Source of the DNA: Gammaproteobacteria bacterium
GTDB taxonomy: Bacteria; Pseudomonadota; Gammaproteobacteria; Enterobacterales; GCA-2746155
Length of the DNA stretch: 24,000 nucleotides
Direction: 5' to 3'
NCBI GenBank assembly: GCA_030589945.1
Contig: JAUUZN010000020.1
Coordinates: 1 to 24,000 of the forward strand
Shown piece after piece: positions 1 to 7,706 of this stretch (within the stretch, counting starts at the first letter, position 1; the number at the start of each line of letters is the position of its first letter). The notes under the pieces were generated by a model. It did no database searches. It was not told the origin of the DNA and was given only the letters and a program-made list of their open reading frames with translations. Made by a program: the position numbers and the translations under genes.

Positions 1-180
1 ACTGAAAATAAAGTTGCCTTCTCCCGTCAAGCCTATAACGATAGTGTGATGACTTATAATACCTACAAAGAGCAATTCCCCAATAATATTATCAGCAATC
101 AATTTAACTTTAATCATGCTGAATTATTTGAAGTCGAAGAGCCAGAAGTAAAGAAGGCTGTTAAAGTTTCTTTTAGTTAA
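1..180 (+). CDS. lemA: LemA family protein, C-terminal 59 codons (5' end lies outside the window)
   Basis: Frame +1 is open from nt 1 to TAA at 178-180. The translation TENKVAFSRQAYNDSVMTYNTYKEQFPNNIISNQFNFNHAELFEVEEPEVKKAVKVSFS resembles the conserved C-terminal end of LemA-family proteins as I recall it (YN..V..YN....FP.N.I...F.F). It is absent from the ORF track because it has no in-window start. Confidence 0.7.
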   Translation, partial: TENKVAFSRQAYNDSVMTYNTYKEQFPNNIISNQFNFNHAELFEVEEPEVKKAVKVSFS

Positions 181-213
181 TTCGTACCCTTAACGAATTC
201 TTAAACTTCAATA

Positions 214-2181
214 ATGGACTTTTTTGAGCATCAACATCATGCAAAGAAGAAAACTAAACAATTAGTTTTCTATTTTGTATTGGCTGTTGTTTTAATTATT
301 GCTGTCATTAATACCGTTGTTTTTTTTCTTGGAAACAATTCGGGACAGTTCCAACTTACTGCTAAACAATTCTTATTAAGCCCTTGGTTCGCAGCAATTA
401 GTTTAGGTACCATTATTGTTATAATCTTGGGTTCATTGATCCGAGGTTTTCAAATTAGTGGTGGTGGAAAATCCGTTGCTAAAATGGTCAATGCTCGCCC
501 CGTTAAACTCAACAGCAAAGACCGATTAGAACGAAGATTTATCAATGTGGTTGAAGAAATGTCCATTGCATCGGGCATGCCAGTTCCTACCCTTTACATT
601 ATGGATGATGAAATGGGTATGAATGCTTTTGTGGCAGGTCTTGTGCCCTCAGATACGGTTATGGTGGTGACTCAAGGACTCCTAGAAAATTTGAATCGAC
701 AGGAACTTCAAGGTGTTGTCGCCCATGAGTTTAGCCATATTTTCAATGCCGATATGCGCTTAAATGTCAGACTCATTGCCATACTTGGTGGCATACTAGC
801 CCTTGGCCAACTAGGTTATTTTCTCTTAAGGACCATGCGATATTCGGGTCATCGAAGGAGTTCATCTAATTCTAATAACCAAATGGGCATTGTTTTACTC
901 GGTTCAGGTGTTGCACTACTGGTTGTCGGATATATCGGATTATTTTTTGGTCGTCTTATCAAGGCAGCAATCTCTAGACAAAGAGAATTCCTTGCCGATG
1001 CATCGGCGGTACAATATAGCCGCGATTCAATGGGGATTGCCAATGCGCTATATCGAATTAAAACCAATGGTAAAGGATCTTTACTCGATTCATCTCATGC
1101 AGAAGACATGAGTCATATGTGTTTTGGCAGTGCTCTTAAATTCACTGCCTTTAGCGGATTACTCGCCACCCATCCACCCCTTGATGAGCGCATCAAAACA
1201 CTGGTACCCGGATATAAACCACCAAAATCAACATCAACAGAATCTCATGCTGAAGTGGCTCAATCTTCTGCTTCTGAGACTGCTTCCAACTTTGCTGGTC
1301 CTCAAGCAGCTACGGATAATGCCCATCCTGTTATAGCAAATGACTCTGACGGAGATGCCCTTGAAATACTCTCACCTGAAGCTCTAATTAACAGCATTGG
1401 TCAAGTACAATCAGGCCAGCTCGCTCAGGCTAAAATTATCTATCAAGAGTTGCCCAATGAGCTGATTGATGCGGCTCATGAAAATGACAGAGCTTCATTG
1501 GTCATCCTTGCAATGATTGTTTCAGGTTCAGATATTGCCACGTTCAAAGTCGATGAGCTCATTGATTCTGTAGGCAACAGATTAACGGATGATGACAAGA
1601 AGCGACTAAAAATTTATGTGCTGATTATCAATCAACTCAAGCAACATCTCAAATTACCCTTGATTGAATTGACCATTCCTACGCTGAAACAACTCAGTGA
1701 TGAGGATAAGAAAAATCTACTCGCCTGTTCAAGTCTTTTGATGAGTGCTGATCATAAAATAGAACCTTTTGAGTTTTTCCTCTACGCCTTATTACGCAAA
1801 CATTTAAGTCACAAAGATGCGAGTTTTAGCAGTAAGACCATAAAAAAATACAAACCATTGCTATCCGATATTCAGTACCTAATTGCTATTTTAGGGCAAG
1901 CAAGTGAGCACTTTGATACTAAGATTCTAGCGAATACTATGAAAAGTTTTGATGCTGCTTGGACCGTTCCCGGTACATTACCGAGCTACAACGCCAATTT
2001 GTTAAATAAAGCCTTGCAGAGACTTAATCAGCTCACACCACTACTTAAACGCCCTTTGATGCAAACACTCGCAGAAATTATTCAACAGGATGGCCAAATA
2101 AACACAACGGAAATAGAACTACTTCGTGCAGTGGCTATCTATCTAGAATGTCCAATTCCTACCCTTGTAGTCTCACAATAA
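214..2181 (+). CDS. Membrane M48 (HtpX-like) zinc metallopeptidase with a long C-terminal extension of unknown function
   Basis: 655-aa ORF. The HExxH motif (VVAHEFSHIF) is encoded at nt 724-738, and a downstream SRQREFLADASA motif supplies the third zinc ligand Glu, as in the HtpX/M48B family. Two hydrophobic segments precede the active site and two follow it. Residues ~331-655 are extra relative to HtpX. It sits 33 nt downstream of lemA, a commonly seen pairing. Confidence 0.9.
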   Translation: MDFFEHQHHAKKKTKQLVFYFVLAVVLIIAVINTVVFFLGNNSGQFQLTAKQFLLSPWFAAISLGTIIVIILGSLIRGFQISGGGKSVAKMVNARPVKLNSKDRLERRFINVVEEMSIASGMPVPTLYIMDDEMGMNAFVAGLVPSDTVMVVTQGLLENLNRQELQGVVAHEFSHIFNADMRLNVRLIAILGGILALGQLGYFLLRTMRYSGHRRSSSNSNNQMGIVLLGSGVALLVVGYIGLFFGRLIKAAISRQREFLADASAVQYSRDSMGIANALYRIKTNGKGSLLDSSHAEDMSHMCFGSALKFTAFSGLLATHPPLDERIKTLVPGYKPPKSTSTESHAEVAQSSASETASNFAGPQAATDNAHPVIANDSDGDALEILSPEALINSIGQVQSGQLAQAKIIYQELPNELIDAAHENDRASLVILAMIVSGSDIATFKVDELIDSVGNRLTDDDKKRLKIYVLIINQLKQHLKLPLIELTIPTLKQLSDEDKKNLLACSSLLMSADHKIEPFEFFLYALLRKHLSHKDASFSSKTIKKYKPLLSDIQYLIAILGQASEHFDTKILANTMKSFDAAWTVPGTLPSYNANLLNKALQRLNQLTPLLKRPLMQTLAEIIQQDGQINTTEIELLRAVAIYLECPIPTLVVSQ

Positions 2182-2353
2182 ACTATTGATTGAGCAACCT
2201 GAAATTAAAAATTATCTCATAATGAAAAGCATTCATTGATGCAGAAGAAACTGTATATTAGACTATGCTTATTAAGCTACTCTAATTAAACTTTACTTAT
2301 TAAAGTTACATCATTGGGTAATAACTTTTTGAAAAAATCTTTGAGAACAATTT

Positions 2354-3376
2354 TTGGGAACTAAAGTGCCTCACACAACATCCAGCAAAACAAGGACGCA
2401 TTATGTTGACCCCTTTGGCCGACGTATCGATTATGTCCGTCTATCGGTGACCGATCGCTGTGATCTACGTTGTTTTTACTGCATGCCCAAAGGATATAAA
2501 GAATTCGAAGAGCCCAGTGATTGGCTAACCTTTGGTGAAATAGAGCGAGTCATCGGCGCCTTTGCAAGTCTTGGAATTGACAAGGTAAGGATCACTGGTG
2601 GTGAACCGCTTGTTAGAAAAAACCTCCCAGAACTTACCCATCGTCTCTCTAAAGTGAGTGGTGTCGAAGACATGTCACTCAGTACTAACGCGGTTAAGTT
2701 AGCTAAATTTGCCCAGCCACTTTATGACAGTGGTGTTCAACGACTCAATGTGAGTCTCGATACTGTAAATTCAGAGAAATTCACAGAGATCACCGGTGGT
2801 GGCAAACTGAGTAAAGTCATTGATGGTTTAATGGCCGCCAAAGATGCCGGTTTTGACCCCATCAAAATCAATATGGTGATGATGCGCGGTGTTAATGATG
2901 ATGATGTATTCGAGATGATCGAATTTTGCTCTGAGCATGGCTTCATTTTGAGAATGATTGAGACCATGCCCATGGGCTCTACTGGAAAAGAAGCCAGTCA
3001 ACGATACATTCCACTGGATGAGATTAAAGATCGCATCAGCGAACGCTATGAATTACTACCCGCAGTACAACGAGGAGCCGGTCCTGCTCGTTATTTATCG
3101 ATACCTGAGAAGAACCTTAAAATTGGTTTGATCACACCCATCTCTCAACATTTTTGTGAGTCCTGTAATCGAGTTCGATTAGGTGTAAACGGAACGCTGT
3201 ACCTCTGTTTAGGACAAGAGCATCAATATCCATTGCGTGAGTATTTAAGAGAGGGTGTCTCTGATGTTGAACTGCAACAGCATCTGATAAAGGCATTGGC
3301 ACTTAAACCTGAAAAACATGAGTTCAATGAAAAACCCGATAACGTCATTCGTGTCATGTCCGTTACCGGCGGTTAG
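2354..3376 (+). CDS. moaA: GTP 3',8-cyclase MoaA (radical SAM, molybdenum cofactor biosynthesis)
   Basis: It has the N-terminal radical-SAM cluster motif CDLRCFYCMP (CxxxCxxC) and a C-terminal auxiliary cluster region (FCESCNRVRL...LYLC). It ends in the conserved C-terminal double glycine (..SVTGG). The start is uncertain: TTG at 2354 per the ORF track, or in-frame GTG at 2366. Confidence 0.9.
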   Translation: MGTKVPHTTSSKTRTHYVDPFGRRIDYVRLSVTDRCDLRCFYCMPKGYKEFEEPSDWLTFGEIERVIGAFASLGIDKVRITGGEPLVRKNLPELTHRLSKVSGVEDMSLSTNAVKLAKFAQPLYDSGVQRLNVSLDTVNSEKFTEITGGGKLSKVIDGLMAAKDAGFDPIKINMVMMRGVNDDDVFEMIEFCSEHGFILRMIETMPMGSTGKEASQRYIPLDEIKDRISERYELLPAVQRGAGPARYLSIPEKNLKIGLITPISQHFCESCNRVRLGVNGTLYLCLGQEHQYPLREYLREGVSDVELQQHLIKALALKPEKHEFNEKPDNVIRVMSVTGG

Positions 3377-4780
3377 TCAGCTTTCCTCATCACTCTCTTC
3401 CTCTAGGCTATCTTCAAGTAATTTAGCATCAATTTGTTTTCGAGTTTTTGCACCTAGTTTTTGCAAATTAACTGTACGGCTCACTAACGAGCCTTTCCGG
3501 CCACTCGTTAATTGATTGTGAGCTTTTTCATAAGCACTTCCAGCCTGCTCTAAACGATGGCCCACCTCTTCCAACGAGTCAATAAATCCAACAAATTTAT
3601 CATGCAATGCCCCTGCCTGCCGTGCGATCTCTTCGGCATTAGAATGTTGTCGTTCCACACGCCAAATATTTTCAACGACTCGCAAGGTTGCTAATAAAGT
3701 TGTTGGACTTACCAAGACAATTTTTTGTGACATTGCATCGGTAAATAATTGCGGATCATTTTCTGCAGCTAGCATATAGGCCGGTTCAATAGGAATGAAT
3801 ATGAAAACAAAGTCGAGACTGTTGATACCCTCTAAATTGTCATAGTTCTTAGCACCCAAAGCTTTTATATGACTACGAATACTGTTGATGTGTGATTTTA
3901 AAAATTGCTCTCGCTCTTCTTCAGAGTCCGCAGAGCAATAACGTTCATAATCGATTAGGGATACTTTCGCATCAACGATGATGTCTTTACCGTCGGGTAA
4001 TTTCACCAACACATCGGGCAGATAACGATCACCATCCTCATTCTTTAAGTTAACCTGAGTCAGATATTCACGACCTTTAGACAAGCCCGAGCTTTCAAGT
4101 ACGCGCTCAAGCACAACCTCACCCCAGTTACCTTGAATTTTACTGTCACCTTTTAAGGCGTTGGTCAGATTAATAGCATCTTGAGACATCTGTTGGTTCA
4201 GTGATTTTAGGGAGCCAATTTCGTGTAATAATGAAATCCGTTCCTTTGATTCCTTATCATAAACATCTTCAACCTTACTTCGAAAACTACTGAGCTGATC
4301 CTTCAGTGGATTTAATAGTCCTTCAATACTTTGCTTTGAATCTTCACGCCAATGTTTGGCTTTTTCATCGAGAATTTTATTTGCCAGTAAGTTAAATTCC
4401 TTGGTCATCTGTTCGCGAGCATCTTGAAGGAGCTGTATTTTTTCATCGGCCTGCTGTTTCTGCAAGATTGATTTTTCTTCAAAATGTGCAGCCGCGTCTT
4501 TTTGCTGCTGAGCAATAACTGCATGTTCAGCCTTTAAGGCAGACATTGATAAAGAAAGCTGATGATGAGAGTGAGAGAGTTCGTCCTGCTCCGATGTTAA
4601 TCGTTCATTAAGTTCTTCTAAATGTTCGGCATCCAATTGTTTTAATGCCATTGCCTTCTCTAGAGATTCTATCAGCCCCTTTAATTTACTCGTTCGGATA
4701 AAATAAAAGACAATCGCAATAATCGCCACCAATGAAGGTACTATAAGCATGAGTTGAGAATATTGTTGGTCATTAATCAT
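3377..4780 (-). CDS. rmuC: DNA recombination protein RmuC
   Basis: 467 aa with an N-terminal transmembrane segment and a long coiled-coil-like Q/E/L-rich region. The C-terminal RmuC nuclease-like domain reads ...YLPDVLVKLPDGKDIIVDAKVSL..FVFIFIPIEPAY...VLVSPTTLLATLR.... The overall architecture matches E. coli RmuC. Confidence 0.9.
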   Translation of the reverse strand: MINDQQYSQLMLIVPSLVAIIAIVFYFIRTSKLKGLIESLEKAMALKQLDAEHLEELNERLTSEQDELSHSHHQLSLSMSALKAEHAVIAQQQKDAAAHFEEKSILQKQQADEKIQLLQDAREQMTKEFNLLANKILDEKAKHWREDSKQSIEGLLNPLKDQLSSFRSKVEDVYDKESKERISLLHEIGSLKSLNQQMSQDAINLTNALKGDSKIQGNWGEVVLERVLESSGLSKGREYLTQVNLKNEDGDRYLPDVLVKLPDGKDIIVDAKVSLIDYERYCSADSEEEREQFLKSHINSIRSHIKALGAKNYDNLEGINSLDFVFIFIPIEPAYMLAAENDPQLFTDAMSQKIVLVSPTTLLATLRVVENIWRVERQHSNAEEIARQAGALHDKFVGFIDSLEEVGHRLEQAGSAYEKAHNQLTSGRKGSLVSRTVNLQKLGAKTRKQIDAKLLEDSLEEESDEES

Positions 4781-4882
4781 TAATAAAATCCAATCCTGTA
4801 AGCTAATTTACTTGTACTTCGTAACATCTATGGGCATCATTATTCCATATCCTAATCATTGATGGAATTCTTTCAAACAATT

Positions 4883-5701
4883 ATGAGAATCGTATCTTTT
4901 AATACTAACGGTATTCGAGCAAGACCACACCAACTCAAGCAACTTACTGATGATCATGCACCTGATATTATTGGCATTCAGGAAAGTAAGGTTCAGGACG
5001 CTGATTTTCCTGAAACAATGATCACCGATCTTGGCTATGAACCCCATTATTTTGGTCAAAAGGGGCATTATGGTGTTGCCATGTTAACAAAAATGACACC
5101 TGAGTCTGTTGAACGTGGATTTCCTGACGACGAAGAAGATGCCCAGCGAAGGATGATTATTGGTAACTTTCGACTTAAGGACGGCAGCTTACTCAAAGTA
5201 ATGAACGGCTACTTCCCTCAGGGTGAAAATCGTGATCATCCTACAAAGTTTCCAGCAAAGCGTAAATTTTATGCCGATTTATTAGCCTATATTGAAACCC
5301 AGTGTACAGCCGATATGAAGCTTGTGATCATGGGAGACTTTAATATTGCTCCCGAAGATACAGATATTGGCATTGGTGAAAAAAATGCCAAACGTTGGTT
5401 AAAAACTGGTTCGACAAGCTTTTTACCCGAAGAAAGACAATGGTATCAAAAACTCATGGATTGGGGCCTTTTCGATAGTTACCGACATCTGTATCCAGAC
5501 TCTATGGAAAAATACAGCTGGTTTAATTATCGCACCAGAGCCTTTGATAATGAACCTAGAAAAGGTTTAAGAATTGATCAGATCCTTTGTACTCAGTCGC
5601 TCCTCGATACCGTGACCGCATCCGAAATTTCCTATGATTTGAGGGGCATGGAAAAACCTTCGGATCATTGTCCCATATGGACAGATTTTGATATTGAATA
5701 A
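4883..5701 (+). CDS. xthA: Exodeoxyribonuclease III
   Basis: It is collinear with E. coli XthA from the first residue (MRIVSFNTNGIRARPHQL.. vs MKFVSFNINGLRARPHQL..) and ends with the ..EKPSDHCPIW motif. The ORF-track start at 4859 (TTG) adds 8 residues with no homologous counterpart, so I prefer ATG 4883. Confidence 0.9.
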   Translation: MRIVSFNTNGIRARPHQLKQLTDDHAPDIIGIQESKVQDADFPETMITDLGYEPHYFGQKGHYGVAMLTKMTPESVERGFPDDEEDAQRRMIIGNFRLKDGSLLKVMNGYFPQGENRDHPTKFPAKRKFYADLLAYIETQCTADMKLVIMGDFNIAPEDTDIGIGEKNAKRWLKTGSTSFLPEERQWYQKLMDWGLFDSYRHLYPDSMEKYSWFNYRTRAFDNEPRKGLRIDQILCTQSLLDTVTASEISYDLRGMEKPSDHCPIWTDFDIE

Positions 5702-5742
5702 TCGTAGCTATTCTTTATGAACCATCATTATGAACCACCATT

Positions 5743-6921
5743 TTGAATCTTCGTCTTAAACAACTAAATTCAGTCGATGAAATTTCAGCACAGGATTGGA
5801 ATCGACTGAATCTATCACAAAATCCTTTTCTCGATCATCGTTTTTTCAGCGCGCTAGAAAAGAGTGGTTCGGTTGCTATTAGCGGTGGTTGGAAGCCGTC
5901 TCATTTGTCCTGGTATGATGAAAATGATGTTCTACAAGCCTTAATGCCACTGTATTTTAAAAACCATTCCTATGGCGAATACATGTTTGATTGGAACTGG
6001 GCCAACGGCATTCAGCGTGCTGGTATCAACTATTACCCAAAGGCTGTTGCTGCAATTCCCTTTACACCAGTTTCTGGTAACCGATTAATGCTTAGTGAAC
6101 CATTAACAACGAGCGAGATTATTCGTTCAGAATTACTTCAATCATTATTTCAAACCCTATCTTATGAGCAATTAAGCAATCTTCAGGCACTTTATCTCAC
6201 AAAGCAGGAATCCAGTGATTGGCAAAAAGCCGGCGCCATTATCAGACAGGGATATCAATTTAGTTGGTACAACGGTCATGCAAATAACAAAGGAGAGACT
6301 CAAACATCCTATTCAGACTTTGATGATTTTTTGTCAAGACTCAATTCTAAAGCTAGAAAACAAATCAAAAGAGAACGGCGTTCAGTCTCTGCAGCAGAGG
6401 TTACATTTGAACAACTCGAAGGTGAAAACATTGATGATGACAGTTGGAATTTTTTTATTGAATGCTATCAGCTGACCTATCTTAAACGTTCAGGTCATGA
6501 GGGGTATCTTAACCTTGAATTCTTTCGTCAGTTTAGAGACAGCATGCCTGAGAACCTTTTGCTCATTATGGCATCCAGAGGCGGTAAAAGGTTAGCTTCA
6601 TCATTATTTATTAAGGGCAATAATATTCTTTATGGTCGCTATTGGGGAGCCATGGAAAAAGTTGATGGTTTACATTTTGAGTGCTGTTACTACCAAGCAA
6701 TAGAATATTGTATTAAGCATAAAATCCTTTGTTTACAACCAGGCACTCAAGGTGATTACAAAAGACGTCGTGGTTTTATTGCCGAAGCCGTTTTTGGAGC
6801 TTACTATTTTACCCTAGATGAACTAAAAAAACCCATTGCACATTACTTGAATGATGAAATTGAAGGTCTTGAGGAACAATTTAAAGAGTGGGATAATTCA
6901 ACTCCATACAGAAAACAATGA
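5743..6921 (+). CDS. FemAB-like / DUF482 (COG3146) GNAT-fold protein of unknown function
   Basis: 392-aa ORF with a TTG start. The N-terminus (..WNRL...NPFLDHRFFSALEKSGSV...GW.P.HL) and the C-terminal ..YGRYWG......LHFE.CYYQAIEYCI... region match my recollection of this conserved hypothetical family. No experimental function is known to me. Confidence 0.7.
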   Translation: MNLRLKQLNSVDEISAQDWNRLNLSQNPFLDHRFFSALEKSGSVAISGGWKPSHLSWYDENDVLQALMPLYFKNHSYGEYMFDWNWANGIQRAGINYYPKAVAAIPFTPVSGNRLMLSEPLTTSEIIRSELLQSLFQTLSYEQLSNLQALYLTKQESSDWQKAGAIIRQGYQFSWYNGHANNKGETQTSYSDFDDFLSRLNSKARKQIKRERRSVSAAEVTFEQLEGENIDDDSWNFFIECYQLTYLKRSGHEGYLNLEFFRQFRDSMPENLLLIMASRGGKRLASSLFIKGNNILYGRYWGAMEKVDGLHFECCYYQAIEYCIKHKILCLQPGTQGDYKRRRGFIAEAVFGAYYFTLDELKKPIAHYLNDEIEGLEEQFKEWDNSTPYRKQ

Positions 6922-6945
6922 TCAAACCAATAAGGAATTAAAGCA

Positions 6946-7602
6946 ATGATAGACCTCTATACAGCAGCAACACCAAACGGTCACAAGATATCAATTGCCT
7001 TAGAAGAAATGGCAATTCCTTATCATTTAATTAACATCGATCTATTGGGTGGCGAGCAAAAGCAAGAATCGTTTATAAAGATGAATCCAAATGGACGCAT
7101 ACCGGTCATTGTCGATAGTGATAACGGAATGACCCTCTTCGAATCGGGCGCAATCTTGATTTATCTCGCTGAAAAATCCGGACTATTTTATGGCAATGAT
7201 GATGCTGAAAAATATCAAATTTTACAATGGCTGATGTTCCAAAAGAGTGGTCTTGGACCGATGATGGGGCAAGCCAATGTCTTTCACCGATATTTCCCCG
7301 AACGTATTGAGCCCGTCATTGATCGCTACCAAAACGAGGTAAAAAGATTGCTCACCATTATTGATTCTCAACTGGAAAACCAAGATTATCTTGTGGGTGA
7401 TTTTAGCATTGCAGACATATCAACCTGGCCCTGGGCAAAAACACATGCCTGGTCTGGTGTTGATATTGAAGACTTACCTAACTTAAAAAAATGGATCGAC
7501 AGAATTTATGCAAGACCAGCATCCTTAAAAGGATCTAAACTGCCTCCTAGAGGTACGGAAGAGCAGGTGGTAAAGGGTGGGCAATCAATTATTCAAAAAT
7601 AA
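6946..7602 (+). CDS. yfcG: Nu-class glutathione S-transferase-like protein (YfcG-like disulfide reductase)
   Basis: 218 aa. MIDLYTAATPNGHKISIALEE...NPNGRIPVIVD...LFESGAILIYLAEKSGLF...LQWLMFQ..GLGPMMGQ is near-collinear with E. coli YfcG (MIDLYFAPTPNGHKITLFLEE...). Confidence 0.85.
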   Translation: MIDLYTAATPNGHKISIALEEMAIPYHLINIDLLGGEQKQESFIKMNPNGRIPVIVDSDNGMTLFESGAILIYLAEKSGLFYGNDDAEKYQILQWLMFQKSGLGPMMGQANVFHRYFPERIEPVIDRYQNEVKRLLTIIDSQLENQDYLVGDFSIADISTWPWAKTHAWSGVDIEDLPNLKKWIDRIYARPASLKGSKLPPRGTEEQVVKGGQSIIQK

Positions 7603-7675
7603 CCAAGAAACTAAGAATGGTTCCAAAACTAACGGCAAGCCGTAAACCTATTTTCGTATCCTTGAATAAACTCAT
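7589..7675 (-). other. 28-codon ORF resembling the N-terminal signal-anchor of a methyl-accepting chemotaxis protein (possible gene remnant or small membrane peptide)
   Basis: My own translation of the minus strand gives ATG(7675) MSLFKDTKIGLRLAVSFGTILSFLVIFE TAA(7589). An AAGGAAG Shine-Dalgarno-like sequence precedes it. The K-I-G-x-R-L-x3-F-G...hydrophobic pattern is typical of MCP and sensor N-termini. It overlaps the last 14 nt of the GST gene. A short ORF in AT-rich DNA is weak evidence on its own. Confidence 0.2.
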
Positions 7676-7706
7676 AAACTTCCTTTATTAGGTATTAATT
7701 TTTACA

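Noticed and set aside
179-199. 7-bp stem-loop AATTCGT-accctta-ACGAATT between lemA and the M48 gene, considered as a terminator or attenuator
   Set aside because: The stem is short and AT-rich, and no T-tract follows it. The 33-nt spacing suggests simple co-transcription.
2182-2353. Possible Moco riboswitch or ModE operator in the 172-nt leader upstream of moaA
   Set aside because: The region is very AT-rich. It lacks the G/C-rich conserved cores I associate with the Moco RNA motif, and no TATAT-N7-TAYAT ModE-like site fits. The only structure is a weak AT-only hairpin (AACTTTA-cttat-TAAAGTT, 2289-2307). A covariance-model scan (Rfam Moco motif) would settle it.
3377-4780. rmuC as part of an anti-phage defence island
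   Set aside because: It has the canonical housekeeping RmuC architecture. All its neighbours are core metabolism or repair genes (moaA, xthA), with no nearby nucleases, ATPases, methyltransferases or mobile elements.
4814-4835. LexA/SOS box in the rmuC/xthA divergent region (CTGTaagctaatTTAC...)
   Set aside because: The second half-site does not match ACAG, so it is not a CTGT-N8-ACAG box.
4859-4882. Eight extra N-terminal codons for xthA from the ORF-track start (TTG 4859 / ATG 4862)
   Set aside because: Homology to XthA begins exactly at MRIVSFNTNG (ATG 4883), and the extension has no counterpart.
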